A DNA stretch of 64,000 bases, taken from positions 1-64,000 of the IMG/VR virus record IMGVR_UViG_3300032334_000488. One strand, 5' to 3'. The stretch is from a virus. The position numbers were made by a program, and so were the translations under genes. Below the pieces are notes generated by a model that had not been told where the DNA came from, did no database searches, and worked only from the letters and a program-made list of their open reading frames with translations. Positions 29,881 through 39,663 of this stretch are shown piece after piece (positions within the stretch are counted from its first letter, which is position 1; the number at the start of each line of letters is the position of its first letter).

Positions 29881-30357
29881 TTAAGCATCTCCATTCTGTT
29901 TAGCCATTCGGTATTTCCATGAGTTACTAGCGATGTGAGTACGGATTCTGTGACACTTACCGCAACGAACATCGCACTTTGCGATTTCGTTTTCTAGTTT
30001 CTTGATTGTCATGCCAGTCAGCATGAATGCGTGAGCGATGTTGTAACGCTTCTTTGCGCCTCGTACATGGTCGAAGTCGAGTGCCAGTACATCTCTCTCG
30101 CCACAGTCAACGCATGGATTAGATTTCAAGTGATTGTAAATCCATTCCTTGATCTCTTTTCTTCGCTTCAAGTGCCACTCGACTTTGTAAGAATCTTCAC
30201 AAGGTATGCAGTATGAAGTAACTCCCGACTTAGTTTTTGCAGATCGAAACTCACTTAAGTACTTTAATGAGTCACACCGCTTGCACTCCTTGATTCCGAT
30301 AGCAAGAAAGTTTTCTCGCTCAATAGTCTTTGCAGACTTTCGGTTTCTAGTTGTCAC
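29881..30357 (-). CDS. HNH-like endonuclease
   Basis: CVDCG...DFDH...CDVRC..CHRIRT plus N-terminal CxxC pairs. Confidence 0.75.
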   Translation of the reverse strand: MTTRNRKSAKTIERENFLAIGIKECKRCDSLKYLSEFRSAKTKSGVTSYCIPCEDSYKVEWHLKRRKEIKEWIYNHLKSNPCVDCGERDVLALDFDHVRGAKKRYNIAHAFMLTGMTIKKLENEIAKCDVRCGKCHRIRTHIASNSWKYRMAKQNGDA

Positions 30358-31058
30358 GCAATCTCCTTCTTGTATAAGCGACTAAGTGGAAGTGTTTTGT
30401 ATTTCAGATCGTGATGATTAGAAGGTGTCACATAAGCGACAATAAATCGTGACCCAGTTGTGTCAACGATTACGCCTTTACGCAAGCGACCATGACCCTG
30501 AATGAATACCTGATCGTTGATTACGGCGTTGTATGGAACGAAGTCACTCATGTTTGATGCGTAAGTCATTCGCTCAGTAGAGATCGAGATTAGTTGATCT
30601 TGAATCGCAACGATCTTTGCTTCAAGATCGATTCGCTTCTTTGCGAGTTTGATTGTTTTCTCGATCTTGTCTGATGTGTGACTGCCACAGATAATTGCGT
30701 GTTCACTATTCCAGTTCAACGGCTTATCTGTGTGTTGTCCGTCAATACGCCAAGCCCATGCAAGAAAGATCGTATTGAATTGCAGATCACCACGAGATTT
30801 AATCTCTGATGCAGGTGCAGAATTAGGAAATGTGTTTCCGTTTACATCGAAGATGTCACACCACACATGATGAATGCCTTGCACAATGATTGAATGACCT
30901 TTGTACTCGATCTCTTGATAGGTATTAGGTAATTGCTTTAGTTCAATCACATGATCGAATCTCTTGTTACGCAACCATGTTGAGTAGTGCGTACTACCTT
31001 GATAGTTCTTGTAGTACTTATCTTGAATCTCTACGAATCGATCTAGGAAGTAACTCAT
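30354..31058 (-). CDS. hypothetical early protein
   Basis: 234 aa ORF, coupled. Confidence 0.65.
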   Translation of the reverse strand: MSYFLDRFVEIQDKYYKNYQGSTHYSTWLRNKRFDHVIELKQLPNTYQEIEYKGHSIIVQGIHHVWCDIFDVNGNTFPNSAPASEIKSRGDLQFNTIFLAWAWRIDGQHTDKPLNWNSEHAIICGSHTSDKIEKTIKLAKKRIDLEAKIVAIQDQLISISTERMTYASNMSDFVPYNAVINDQVFIQGHGRLRKGVIVDTTGSRFIVAYVTPSNHHDLKYKTLPLSRLYKKEIA

Positions 31059-31676
31059 TTATGCCACCATGTCCTGTGCTTCGAGAACCTTCTCGATTAG
31101 TGATTGAAGAGTGCGTACATCGATGTAGCAACCACCACTTAATTTGATTTCGCCATTCTCTTGACGGCGATTGCGAATCTCGAAATCAAGTTTGTCTGCA
31201 CGACTACCGATGATTGATCGAAGAGATTCTTTTACTGCATCAATAGATCGTTGAGCGTTTGCTTGTTCGATCTTCTCTAGTTGTTCCTTCGCTTCGCGCT
31301 CTGCCTTCCATTGAGCCTCACGAGCCTTCTCTTCGGCTTCTTCTTTAGTCCAGCGAGTTTCAAGAGTTGCGTAGTCAGCAACGATGTCCTGCGCTCTTGC
31401 AATCCAGTAGATGTCACCCTGTGTAGTTCCAGCCCAATCAGAAGATTTGACTAGATAACCGACTGAACGACTTCCCTTAGGTGCAGAAGTAAATTGTGCA
31501 TCAGAAGGATTATCTGATCGATACACCTTGTATTCGTATTTTTCTAGTGACACTAACTCTGCGTTAGCAACGGCTCTGCGTTGTACACGATCAGGATTCT
31601 TTTTATCTTGTGATGAATAATCCCATGAAGGAATAACGCCGTACTTAATACCAATTTGTAGTTCTGCTGATTTCAT
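31059..31676 (-). CDS. hypothetical early protein
   Basis: 205 aa ORF with SD AAGGAG. Confidence 0.7.
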   Translation of the reverse strand: MKSAELQIGIKYGVIPSWDYSSQDKKNPDRVQRRAVANAELVSLEKYEYKVYRSDNPSDAQFTSAPKGSRSVGYLVKSSDWAGTTQGDIYWIARAQDIVADYATLETRWTKEEAEEKAREAQWKAEREAKEQLEKIEQANAQRSIDAVKESLRSIIGSRADKLDFEIRNRRQENGEIKLSGGCYIDVRTLQSLIEKVLEAQDMVA

Positions 31677-31771
31677 TTATTAGTTTCTCCTTAGTTGTAA
31701 TTGTTTAAGTGGTGTGGTGCGCCAGCCTTCCACGAATAACGCACCACACCGAGTCACCTAGAGAGTGACAG

Positions 31772-33769
31772 TTAGTTGTTTACAAGACGGCGAGAGATCG
31801 CGTACTTCACGATTGATTTCGCCATGTAAACAAGATCGAATGGATTACGAATTACAGAAGCGATTTCGCAATAGTGCGATGTCTGATCTGTAAGAGGTTG
31901 CACCGCTTCTCCGTTTTCAGGAATGTAAGCGAATGCAGTAAGCACACCAGCACGAGCCATGCGCTTGATAGTTTCGTGATTAGCATCTTGATTGCCCGAC
32001 CATTCTCCGTCAGTAATTGCGAAGAAGATTCGTACAGGTTTCTCAGTTTCAGCAAGCAATTTAGTTGCGTACTTAATTGCTTGATCTGCTGATGTACCGC
32101 CACCAGTACCAGCATCACGAATCGTGTTACCGACACGATCAGTTGCACGATAGAGAGTGTTTGCATGATCGTTGAAAGTGATAACAGTTGTATTTGCACT
32201 AACGCGATCAAGTGCCTTCTTAATTGCGTACATGGCTTTGTATGCACTAGAGGCTTTGTGTCCTGACATTGAACCTGAGTTGTCTAACAAGATCACGCAT
32301 TCAATCTCAGTCGCATCTTCACGACCCTCATTCCATTGATCGAATACAGTATCGAGATCATCGCCACGTAAATAACGATGTGCAGATAAACGACCTTGTG
32401 ACTCGTACTTATCCCATGCAGGGTCGAACGATGCTCTCAATCGCTCTAACTCACGACCGAATGACAACGATGCTTGAAATGTATTTGCATCAGGTGCTAA
32501 GTCGTGAAAGCGATCTAGTTCAGGTTCTTTTGAGTTGTTAGTAGCAAGAGAAGGTAAGCCACCAATCTGTCGCAAGATGTCGTTGATTTCAGTTTCATTA
32601 GAATCAAGAATGTTTTCTAATAGATCACCAATCAATGTGTCGATCATTTCGCCAGCAGAATTACCAGCAGAATCAGAAGAAGAAGGCGAATCAAAATCTT
32701 GATCTGAATCCTGATCTGAATCTGTATCATCGAAATCGAAATCGATGTCGTTGATGTCAACATCGATAACAGGTTTTGATTTCAGTTGTTCAGCCAGTTG
32801 TGCATCATCTTCTTTGTCGAGTTGTTGTGATCGATCACGATCTTTTTCTTGCTTCTTTGGTGGAACAGGTCGTGAGTTTGCAGAGGATTCCAAGCCCTCT
32901 TGTGGTCGCTTGCCATGACCGAATGGGTCATTGATGCGAACGATTACATCGCCCTCTTCACCAGCCTGTGCAGGGCGCACAGAGCCATTCTCGCCACTAC
33001 CTGAACCATTACCTGAGCCATTACCTTTTGGAAGTAACTCGTTAAATCGCGCAATTAGTTCCTTTCCTTTTTCAGTATCAGCAGGGAATAGAAGAGTGCG
33101 GTATTCATCGACTACTGCACAGATTTCATCGATCTGATCTTGATGAGGATAGGCGTTACGAGATTGCGCTCTTAACTCCACAGGTAAGTATCTACGACCA
33201 CGCAATAGCGGATAAGAGTTAGTGAATGCCTCTTTGTTATCAACGAAGTGAATCAAGATTGTGGCAGTAAACCAATCAATCGTTGACGGATACTTTGAGG
33301 TAAAGAGAGTTTCGATTCTCTGATCTTCTAGTGCGTTGTATGCGGTGAAGTAATTGTTATCTCGTACATAATCGAAGAGTTCTGAACCCTCACGAGATGT
33401 GTAGAGAATGTGGCTGATCTCGTGAAGATCAAGCCCCTTGATACCAGCGATTGATTTAGCATCGTTGAGATCACCGATAGTGCGAGAGTTGAAAGTAACC
33501 GATGATGCACCTGACCAAGCAGGTGCTTCCATTGGTGAGTTCTCGACAGTCACAGTCACTTTGCGAAATGTGAATGCAGAATTAACACGACCGAAGAATT
33601 GTGTGAATCGTTCTAGTCGTTGCTTCTTCTCTTCTGCTTTCAACAGTTGTGATCGTAGTGACTCACGAGTCTCACCGAGAATGTCGAGTTCCCATTCTGC
33701 GACTGCATCGTTGTAATCCATTGTTACTCCATTTCGTTTACATGACGGACAATTACCACAAGCACACAT
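31772..33769 (-). CDS. VWA-domain protein with HExxH region (CobT-like MoxR partner)
   Basis: HEISH, NALED.RIE, acidic linker, MIDAS DNSGSM, GGGT, ITDG. Confidence 0.85.
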   Translation of the reverse strand: MCACGNCPSCKRNGVTMDYNDAVAEWELDILGETRESLRSQLLKAEEKKQRLERFTQFFGRVNSAFTFRKVTVTVENSPMEAPAWSGASSVTFNSRTIGDLNDAKSIAGIKGLDLHEISHILYTSREGSELFDYVRDNNYFTAYNALEDQRIETLFTSKYPSTIDWFTATILIHFVDNKEAFTNSYPLLRGRRYLPVELRAQSRNAYPHQDQIDEICAVVDEYRTLLFPADTEKGKELIARFNELLPKGNGSGNGSGSGENGSVRPAQAGEEGDVIVRINDPFGHGKRPQEGLESSANSRPVPPKKQEKDRDRSQQLDKEDDAQLAEQLKSKPVIDVDINDIDFDFDDTDSDQDSDQDFDSPSSSDSAGNSAGEMIDTLIGDLLENILDSNETEINDILRQIGGLPSLATNNSKEPELDRFHDLAPDANTFQASLSFGRELERLRASFDPAWDKYESQGRLSAHRYLRGDDLDTVFDQWNEGREDATEIECVILLDNSGSMSGHKASSAYKAMYAIKKALDRVSANTTVITFNDHANTLYRATDRVGNTIRDAGTGGGTSADQAIKYATKLLAETEKPVRIFFAITDGEWSGNQDANHETIKRMARAGVLTAFAYIPENGEAVQPLTDQTSHYCEIASVIRNPFDLVYMAKSIVKYAISRRLVNN

Positions 33770-33771
33770 TG

Positions 33772-34653
33772 TTAAGCCGTTGCGTGTTCTGTTGTGATCT
33801 TTTCAGCATCGAGTCCAAGTTCTTCTCGAATGTTGTATGAAGTACCTTCAAGAAGCATCTTGACTGCGGGGCGTTCTTCATCAGAGAAGTTGTTTATGAA
33901 TACATCGCAAGCGAAATCGAATGACAATCCTTTTGCAACCTTCTCGAATGTTTTCAAGATACGAGGTGATACAGGTGTCTCGAAGATAGTGCCACGATCT
34001 GATGCGTGATCGTCTCTGCGAGATGTTGATCGCATTCCGTTTGCGAGTTCCAAGAGTGAAGAGGATTTGATGATCTTCTTCTCAATCGTTGTGTCGTAAT
34101 CGAATCGCAATTTAATTTCGAAGCGATCTTTCCAAGCCTCGTTAAGTAACTGAGTACCTCGATAGTTTGGATTCTGATCTGCAACCACTAATAGATCAGG
34201 GTGTGCGTTGATTACTTCGTTGTCATGTGACATGAGAGTAATTGAACGGCGATCATCGAGAAGGCTCATTAAGTACTGTGAGAGGTTCTTAGGGGCGTTG
34301 TTGAGTTCGTTGATAAGTAGCAAGCCACCCTCACGAACGATCTTTGTAATTGCGCCGTCAACCCACTTTAGTTTGCCGTCAGCATCAGGGAACAAACCAC
34401 CAATTAATTGTGTGAAGTCGATTGCAGAGTTACATGGAACAGCGAAGAAGTTCATGTGTCGCTTTGATGCGTAAGCAAGTGCCGATGTTGTCTTGCCAGT
34501 TCCAGCATCGCCTTCGATTAAGATGTTCATGTTGTGAGCAAGTGCGAAGTCGTACATGGCATCTTCTGTAACGCCACCAGTAAAGGTGCGTGGAATGTAG
34601 TGCGATGTCTTTTCTAGCGTTGGAATAAATAGTGATTTGTTTTCTGTAGTCAT
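33772..34653 (-). CDS. MoxR/CbbQ-type AAA+ ATPase
   Basis: GDAGTGKT, WVDG, LLINE, NPNY.GT..LN.A..DRF, SPR. Confidence 0.88.
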   Translation of the reverse strand: MTTENKSLFIPTLEKTSHYIPRTFTGGVTEDAMYDFALAHNMNILIEGDAGTGKTTSALAYASKRHMNFFAVPCNSAIDFTQLIGGLFPDADGKLKWVDGAITKIVREGGLLLINELNNAPKNLSQYLMSLLDDRRSITLMSHDNEVINAHPDLLVVADQNPNYRGTQLLNEAWKDRFEIKLRFDYDTTIEKKIIKSSSLLELANGMRSTSRRDDHASDRGTIFETPVSPRILKTFEKVAKGLSFDFACDVFINNFSDEERPAVKMLLEGTSYNIREELGLDAEKITTEHATA

Positions 34654-34677
34654 GTTGTTTTCCGTTTCTCTAGGTGT

Positions 34678-34944
34678 TTAGTTTGTTTGGTAGTCGGTTG
34701 TTACTGCATCAGGGTTTTTAACGATGATCTTTGATGCGAGGTACAGATCATCGAGTTGTGTAGTTAGTTCCTGAAACTCGTTGAAGATGTTGCACTCTTC
34801 TTCAATACGAGATTCGATCTTTGGTAGTACAGATTGAAGCACCGCAACGATCTGTGGTGGTGCGCCATTTTCAAGTGCGTTGTCGAGTGCCACCTCAACC
34901 ATTGTGTGAAGTAATCCGAGTTCATCGAGATTGAATTGACTCAT
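34678..34944 (-). CDS. hypothetical early protein
   Basis: ORF track. Confidence 0.55.
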   Translation of the reverse strand: MSQFNLDELGLLHTMVEVALDNALENGAPPQIVAVLQSVLPKIESRIEEECNIFNEFQELTTQLDDLYLASKIIVKNPDAVTTDYQTN

Positions 34945-35039
34945 TAGATACCTCGATTCGATTGCGATAGTTCGTGGAATAAGTTTTCGATCAGTACACC
35001 AACAACGCCAGCGATTACTGCAAGAATGAAAATAACCAT

Positions 35040-35327
35040 TTAGTCCTCATCTCTATCTATCCAAGCATTTAGGAATAGTCCGTCAACGGCGTTGATCGCA
35101 GTTACAGTTGTTGAATTACGAAATTGCACACCAGCAGGTAGTTCAATTTCGAGATCGTATTGCTCATTGTTAACCGCCTTGATTGCTTCCTTAGCAACGG
35201 CGATCATAAAGTCAGGAATCGGTGGATAGCAGTTATTACCGAAATGAATTGCTAATTGTTGTTCGAGATCAATAACAAACTCACCGCTTGCTAGATCGTT
35301 TGCGAAAGTAGAACCCATGTTATGCAA
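35040..35327 (-). CDS. hypothetical early protein
   Basis: ORF track; HF..NCYPP. Confidence 0.6.
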   Translation of the reverse strand: MHNMGSTFANDLASGEFVIDLEQQLAIHFGNNCYPPIPDFMIAVAKEAIKAVNNEQYDLEIELPAGVQFRNSTTVTAINAVDGLFLNAWIDRDED

Positions 35328-35613
35328 CCGCCTTTCTTACATAGTTTTGATGTTTTGATGTTGTAGTTGAGTATTTGCAGTTAGGCATAAACCAACCGCT
35401 ATTAGAATGCCAAGCGATTGGTGTTGAGTATGAGTACACAATAAAGTCAGGTCGATCTAACTCCAGTTGATCTCGAAACTCTTGTGGAAGTCTGCCGAAA
35501 TCGTAAGCGTATTCATTTGGCGCAATAACAACGCCGTAGAGATTGTTACCTGTGAATGCAACGCGATCAACGATTAGATCGCCAGCCTTTGTGTTTGATG
35601 TTCTAGTTGTCAT
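35320..35613 (-). CDS. phage early protein
   Basis: VYSYSTPIA...YSTTTSKHQ; SD GGAG. Confidence 0.7.
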   Translation of the reverse strand: MTTRTSNTKAGDLIVDRVAFTGNNLYGVVIAPNEYAYDFGRLPQEFRDQLELDRPDFIVYSYSTPIAWHSNSGWFMPNCKYSTTTSKHQNYVRKAVA

Positions 35614-35726
35614 TTAGTTTCTCCGTTACATAGTCGGCAGATAAGAGCAGGTTTGTCGTTTAGTTTTACGAACCATAGATCGGTTGAAGGTTTAGCGCAG
35701 ATAGCGCAGTCAAGAATGATTGACAT

Positions 35727-35900
35727 TTATTTCGCCACTTTTACAATGTCGAGTTGTTTGATGAAGTCGAGTGTGTAGTTATCTGATTTAGTTGAGTAGA
35801 AGCGAGTTCCGTCATTTAGTAGTAGATCGATAGCGATCTCTGTAATACGACCACGAGCAACGATGTTGCCCTTTGCATCTATGAATGTTTGTTGTTTCAT
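35727..35900 (-). CDS. small early protein (57 aa, not in ORF track)
   Basis: MKQQTFIDAKGNIVARGRITE...; coupled to upstream stop. Confidence 0.55.
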   Translation of the reverse strand: MKQQTFIDAKGNIVARGRITEIAIDLLLNDGTRFYSTKSDNYTLDFIKQLDIVKVAK

Positions 35901-36142
35901 TAGTTGTTGTCCAATCCTGTAGTCAAAGCCTTTTGCAGTTCTGCATTAAATACTCGTGTTGTAGGTGCTTCTCCATAAGGAGTGAAGTTTGTTGAGAGAT
36001 TGACACGAACGAATCCGTCTCTATAAAACTTGATTCGTTTTTTAGAACTTAGAAAACCTTCGTATGAATAAAGATACTTTCCTGTGTTGGTGTCATAGAA
36101 ATCCCAAACACCTGTTGTTCCAATTACTGTTTTGGTTGTCAT
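35900..36142 (-). CDS. first gene of leftward early operon, hypothetical
   Basis: ORF track. Confidence 0.6.
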   Translation of the reverse strand: MTTKTVIGTTGVWDFYDTNTGKYLYSYEGFLSSKKRIKFYRDGFVRVNLSTNFTPYGEAPTTRVFNAELQKALTTGLDNN

Positions 36143-36159
36143 TTTTTATTCCGTTTCCT

Positions 36160-36780
36160 TTTGTAGTTACTAGTGGAATTGAATACATCGAGTTATGTAT
36201 TCATAGCGATCGATCACCAAGATAGTTCGCTGACTATTTATGGTGATCGATCACTATTAACACATAAGCAGAAGTGCTGATCGTTGTTGTTGTAACTAGT
36301 TTCAATGTGCAATCGGTTGGATTGATTACCACCTGCACTCACTAGTAGAGACATTCCGTCACTAGTTACATGACGATCTCCACACTTCAATTTCCCTAAG
36401 CCCTACTGCTATTCACAATCAGTTTCTTGATCGTTAATCCGCGCCCTTGAAATACCGCTTGAATGTATTTACTAATTACATTCGCATCGCCGTAGCAAGC
36501 ATGATCGAATCGATTATTTATTTCGGTGTTATTGCATCGTATAGTCCGACCGCACACTTTCTGCCTTAGTAACTGATTACTAGTTGTAATCAATACCGAA
36601 TAAATAAATCGCAGTTTCTTAGTCACTATAAAAAATAAATAAATAAATTGATCGTCACCTAAGTACTGTCCCTAAGGAAATCTTTCGCAGGTTAGTTCAC
36701 CGATGTTTATTTATTATTTAATTATTGTTAAAGCCTGTTACCAGTTTTAACGATTCGCTTTTTTCACTTTGAATGATTCA
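36160..36780. other. AT-rich non-coding element with several long inverted repeats
   Basis: Hairpins 36193-36267, 36291-36370, 36511-36611, 36636-36715. Confidence 0.65.
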
Positions 36781-37128
36781 CCAATTTGCCCCTAGAGGAT
36801 TCTGAAATCGGTGGTCACACATCGAGTGCGCTACTAGGAGAATTGAACCACATCTGTACGACAAATTGGGACAGGCTGATAAGAGGGGTTTTTGGTGTCA
36901 CGCTCAAAAAATCCCACCCCACAGAATGGGCGCAGAAGAACGATCGCCCCATGAATAGGGTTCTTATTCCAGTATTGGGGGTAAAGCCCTGAGAGAGCCT
37001 ATAGAAGCCGTATAAGGGCTATTGAGCGTGAGGCTGATAGGGGCAGTTTGAGCGTGGGGTGTTGCGTGGGTCACACCTGCCGAAGTAACTGCCAAGATCG
37101 CTAGTTCCGCCAAGTAAGTCCGAGCAAA

Positions 37129-37150
37129 TAGTTGAAAGTTCAATTACATT
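37129..37150 (+). promoter_or_regulatory. palindromic operator-like site overlapping leaderless -10 (TACATT)
   Basis: TAGTTGAA-AG-TTCAATTA; -10 six nt before ATG 37157. Confidence 0.4.
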
Positions 37151-37156
37151 ACTCCG

Positions 37157-37534
37157 ATGCGAGAATGCCGAGAGTGCAGAGTTGAGAAGCCGTTAGATCG
37201 TTACGAGTTAACAGGTCATGGCTATCACCGAAAGATTTGCATGAGTTGCAGATCGTCACGAAAGCGAATAAAGAGATTGCCACGACAATTTGGAATCAGT
37301 TACCAAGAATTGTTAGTGATGAAAGAAGAACAAGATTACAAGTGTGCGATCTGTGGAATACATGAAGAGAACACAACAAAAAAGTTAGCGGTAGATCACG
37401 ATCACAAAACTAATCGAGTGCGTGGGTATCTGTGCAATAACTGCAACAGGGGAATTGGTTTATTGAAAGATGATGTAGAAGTGATGAAGAGAGCGATTGT
37501 TTATTTAGAGCGCAATTTATCGAATGATGTTTAG
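37157..37534 (+). CDS. endonuclease VII-family HNH nuclease
   Basis: Q..KCAIC...LAVDHDH...VRGYLC..CN.GIG. Confidence 0.88.
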   Translation: MRECRECRVEKPLDRYELTGHGYHRKICMSCRSSRKRIKRLPRQFGISYQELLVMKEEQDYKCAICGIHEENTTKKLAVDHDHKTNRVRGYLCNNCNRGIGLLKDDVEVMKRAIVYLERNLSNDV

Positions 37535-37570
37535 CCTGTATTCGGGGGTAATCGGGGGTATAAATAACCT

Positions 37571-38020
37571 ATGAAAATCTGCATAGTTTGTGAGAAAGAG
37601 TTGCCTCTTAGTAAGTTCGAGATGAACGGAAACACCCGAAGGAATCAATGCGTATCTTGTAGGTTTCAACAAAAAAAGAATCGCCCTTCTTATGATTCCG
37701 TAATAAAGCCTAAAATCAAGAATTATCGATTGAAGCAATACGGAATAACTATTGAGGATTACAACGAGATGTTAAGTAAACAGAACGGCGTGTGCGCTAT
37801 CTGTAAAACTAATCCGTATCCTGATAAAAAGTTCTGTGTAGATCACGATCACAATACAGGCGTAGTTCGTGGGTTGTTGTGCGATTTATGCAATAGAGGT
37901 ATCGGGTTGATGCGTGATGATGTCGTAATCCTAGCGTCTGCTATTGATTATTTAACGCCCCTCTTTTCTCAGAAGGAAGGGGTCACAGGGGAAACCTCGT
38001 TTCCCCTGATAAAAGAATAA
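37571..38020 (+). CDS. endonuclease VII-family HNH nuclease
   Basis: YGIT..Y...Q.GVCAIC...VDHDH.TG.VRGLLC..CN.GIG. Confidence 0.9.
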   Translation: MKICIVCEKELPLSKFEMNGNTRRNQCVSCRFQQKKNRPSYDSVIKPKIKNYRLKQYGITIEDYNEMLSKQNGVCAICKTNPYPDKKFCVDHDHNTGVVRGLLCDLCNRGIGLMRDDVVILASAIDYLTPLFSQKEGVTGETSFPLIKE

Positions 38021-38103
38021 GTTGTTTATGACCAAAGTATTTAAGAGAGAATAGAGAGATAGATACATTGATTGGTTACTAGATTGCTTGCTGGTATTAA
38101 GTG

Positions 38104-38389
38104 TTGGTACAACCTGATAATAGAGATCACTATCTGATTCACATAGCAACAGGTAACTAACTATGTGATGAAAAGGTACATTTGAAATAGTTAGTTAACT
38201 ACCTGATAACAAGTGGCTGAGATGACTGACAGGCTGGTGGTATGCACACAGGCAATCTGTTTCAGAATGCAGTAGCCGAAGCGATCACGATGTCATGTCA
38301 CCAAAATTGTCACCAAACTATTGGTACAACCTGATAACAAAGCGTGTGTTAACAACATCGCACCTGATTAGTAGTCAGGTGATGATGTG
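38104..38389. repeat. non-coding direct/inverted repeats with ACCTGAT(A/T)A core
   Basis: ttggtacaacctgataa at 38104 and 38321; acctgataacaa at 38201; tgtcaccaaa x2; cacctga...tcaggtg hairpin. Confidence 0.75.
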
Positions 38390-38914
38390 AACATTGTAAA
38401 AAATAAATTGACCCCCCCACCATTAACGCAAACACACACGATGAGCGGCCAGGTCGGAGCCATGATTGAGGGGTTTAGGCTGAGGCAGTAGCCAAAATGA
38501 GCAATAATCGGCCACATGAGCGAAATTCAGCCCCTATCTATGGCTTCTGAGCCTTGTTGCAGCACAAATTGCCCTTGTAAAGAGGAAAATGATGACAAAT
38601 AGTCAAAATTTGTCGGCATCACAGTTTGGCAACACGGTAAGTGTGGCCAAGGCGTGAATATCGCCTTCATCATCGTTGCAATTGTCGTTGTTGGAGTTGC
38701 ATTGTGGGCATCAGAGCAGTAATCTAGTTCTACGACTGGTAGGCGAGCACGACTTAACTTCCAAAAGTGTAGGGGACTGTCGTGAGTCCACCTACGGCCA
38801 GTTGTCAGCCAAATCCCTGCACTGCTAAATGCAGGGCTTTGTGCTGTAAAGAGCCCCCTAAAATTTTTTCTCAGTAACAACTCAAGGCAGTAGCCTTAAT
38901 GCAACAATACTCAC

Positions 38915-39289
38915 ATGAGCAAGAGTGAATTCAACCAAGGTCATAGCCCAATGTGCCCAGAGTTAGGGTGCAGCAAGCCAGCAGATAGCCACATCCACCT
39001 CAGTCGTGAGGATGTCGACTCTATGCGTGGTATGGCACAGGCAGGCAAGATGGCTGCCGAGGTCGACACTCACATGAGAACTGCTCCAACAGACACCCGT
39101 GACCATGCCGCATTGAAGGCACACATGCTCTCTTCTGGCCATTACGCCCATCCGATGGATGTGCACGAGATGACTCACGAGACATTGAAGGCCTATCACG
39201 ATGAAGATCACGCCAATATGGATGCAGGTCCAGCAGATGAGCGTGAGAATTACACAAACTTCGGCCACGAGCATATGCATAACGCATGA
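38915..39289 (+). CDS. His-rich hypothetical protein
   Basis: ORF track; begins MSKSEF. Confidence 0.65.
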   Translation: MSKSEFNQGHSPMCPELGCSKPADSHIHLSREDVDSMRGMAQAGKMAAEVDTHMRTAPTDTRDHAALKAHMLSSGHYAHPMDVHEMTHETLKAYHDEDHANMDAGPADERENYTNFGHEHMHNA

Positions 39290-39663
39290 AGAATCCAAAG
39301 CCACATACCACGCTAGTATCTGGTTCTCAGTTCCAGGGCTTCCTTACATCATCAGCAGCGGGTGTGAACACGCCATCACGCACAGGTGAGGGTACAGAGC
39401 CTCGCCCAGGTATGAGCAAGCGTGATCACCGCAACATTATCGCCACAGAGTTAAACAACCATCCAAAGAAGATCGGCATGAGTATGTTTGTTGCAGGACT
39501 CACTCACATGGGTGTACAGCCTAACGAGGCTAACCTAGGTCACATCTCTGGATTAGTCAGAGGTGACAATGACAAATTTCATGAATTAGTCGGCCTTGCA
39601 AGAAAGACAGCAATCGGTGCAAAGCAGCGCAAGGTAGAGAAGAATCGTGGTATTCAAAAATGA
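39286..39663 (+). CDS. hypothetical protein with LVSGSQF tag variant
   Basis: ORF track, ATGA coupling. Confidence 0.65.
   Translation: MKNPKPHTTLVSGSQFQGFLTSSAAGVNTPSRTGEGTEPRPGMSKRDHRNIIATELNNHPKKIGMSMFVAGLTHMGVQPNEANLGHISGLVRGDNDKFHELVGLARKTAIGAKQRKVEKNRGIQK

Noticed and set aside
36396-36992. ORFs 36396-36626 (-) and 36786-36992 (+)
   Set aside because: No recognisable motifs or convincing start context; lie in a repeat/promoter region
38527-38880. 117 aa minus-strand ORF
   Set aside because: No motifs or clear RBS; unsupported, though a small gene here cannot be excluded
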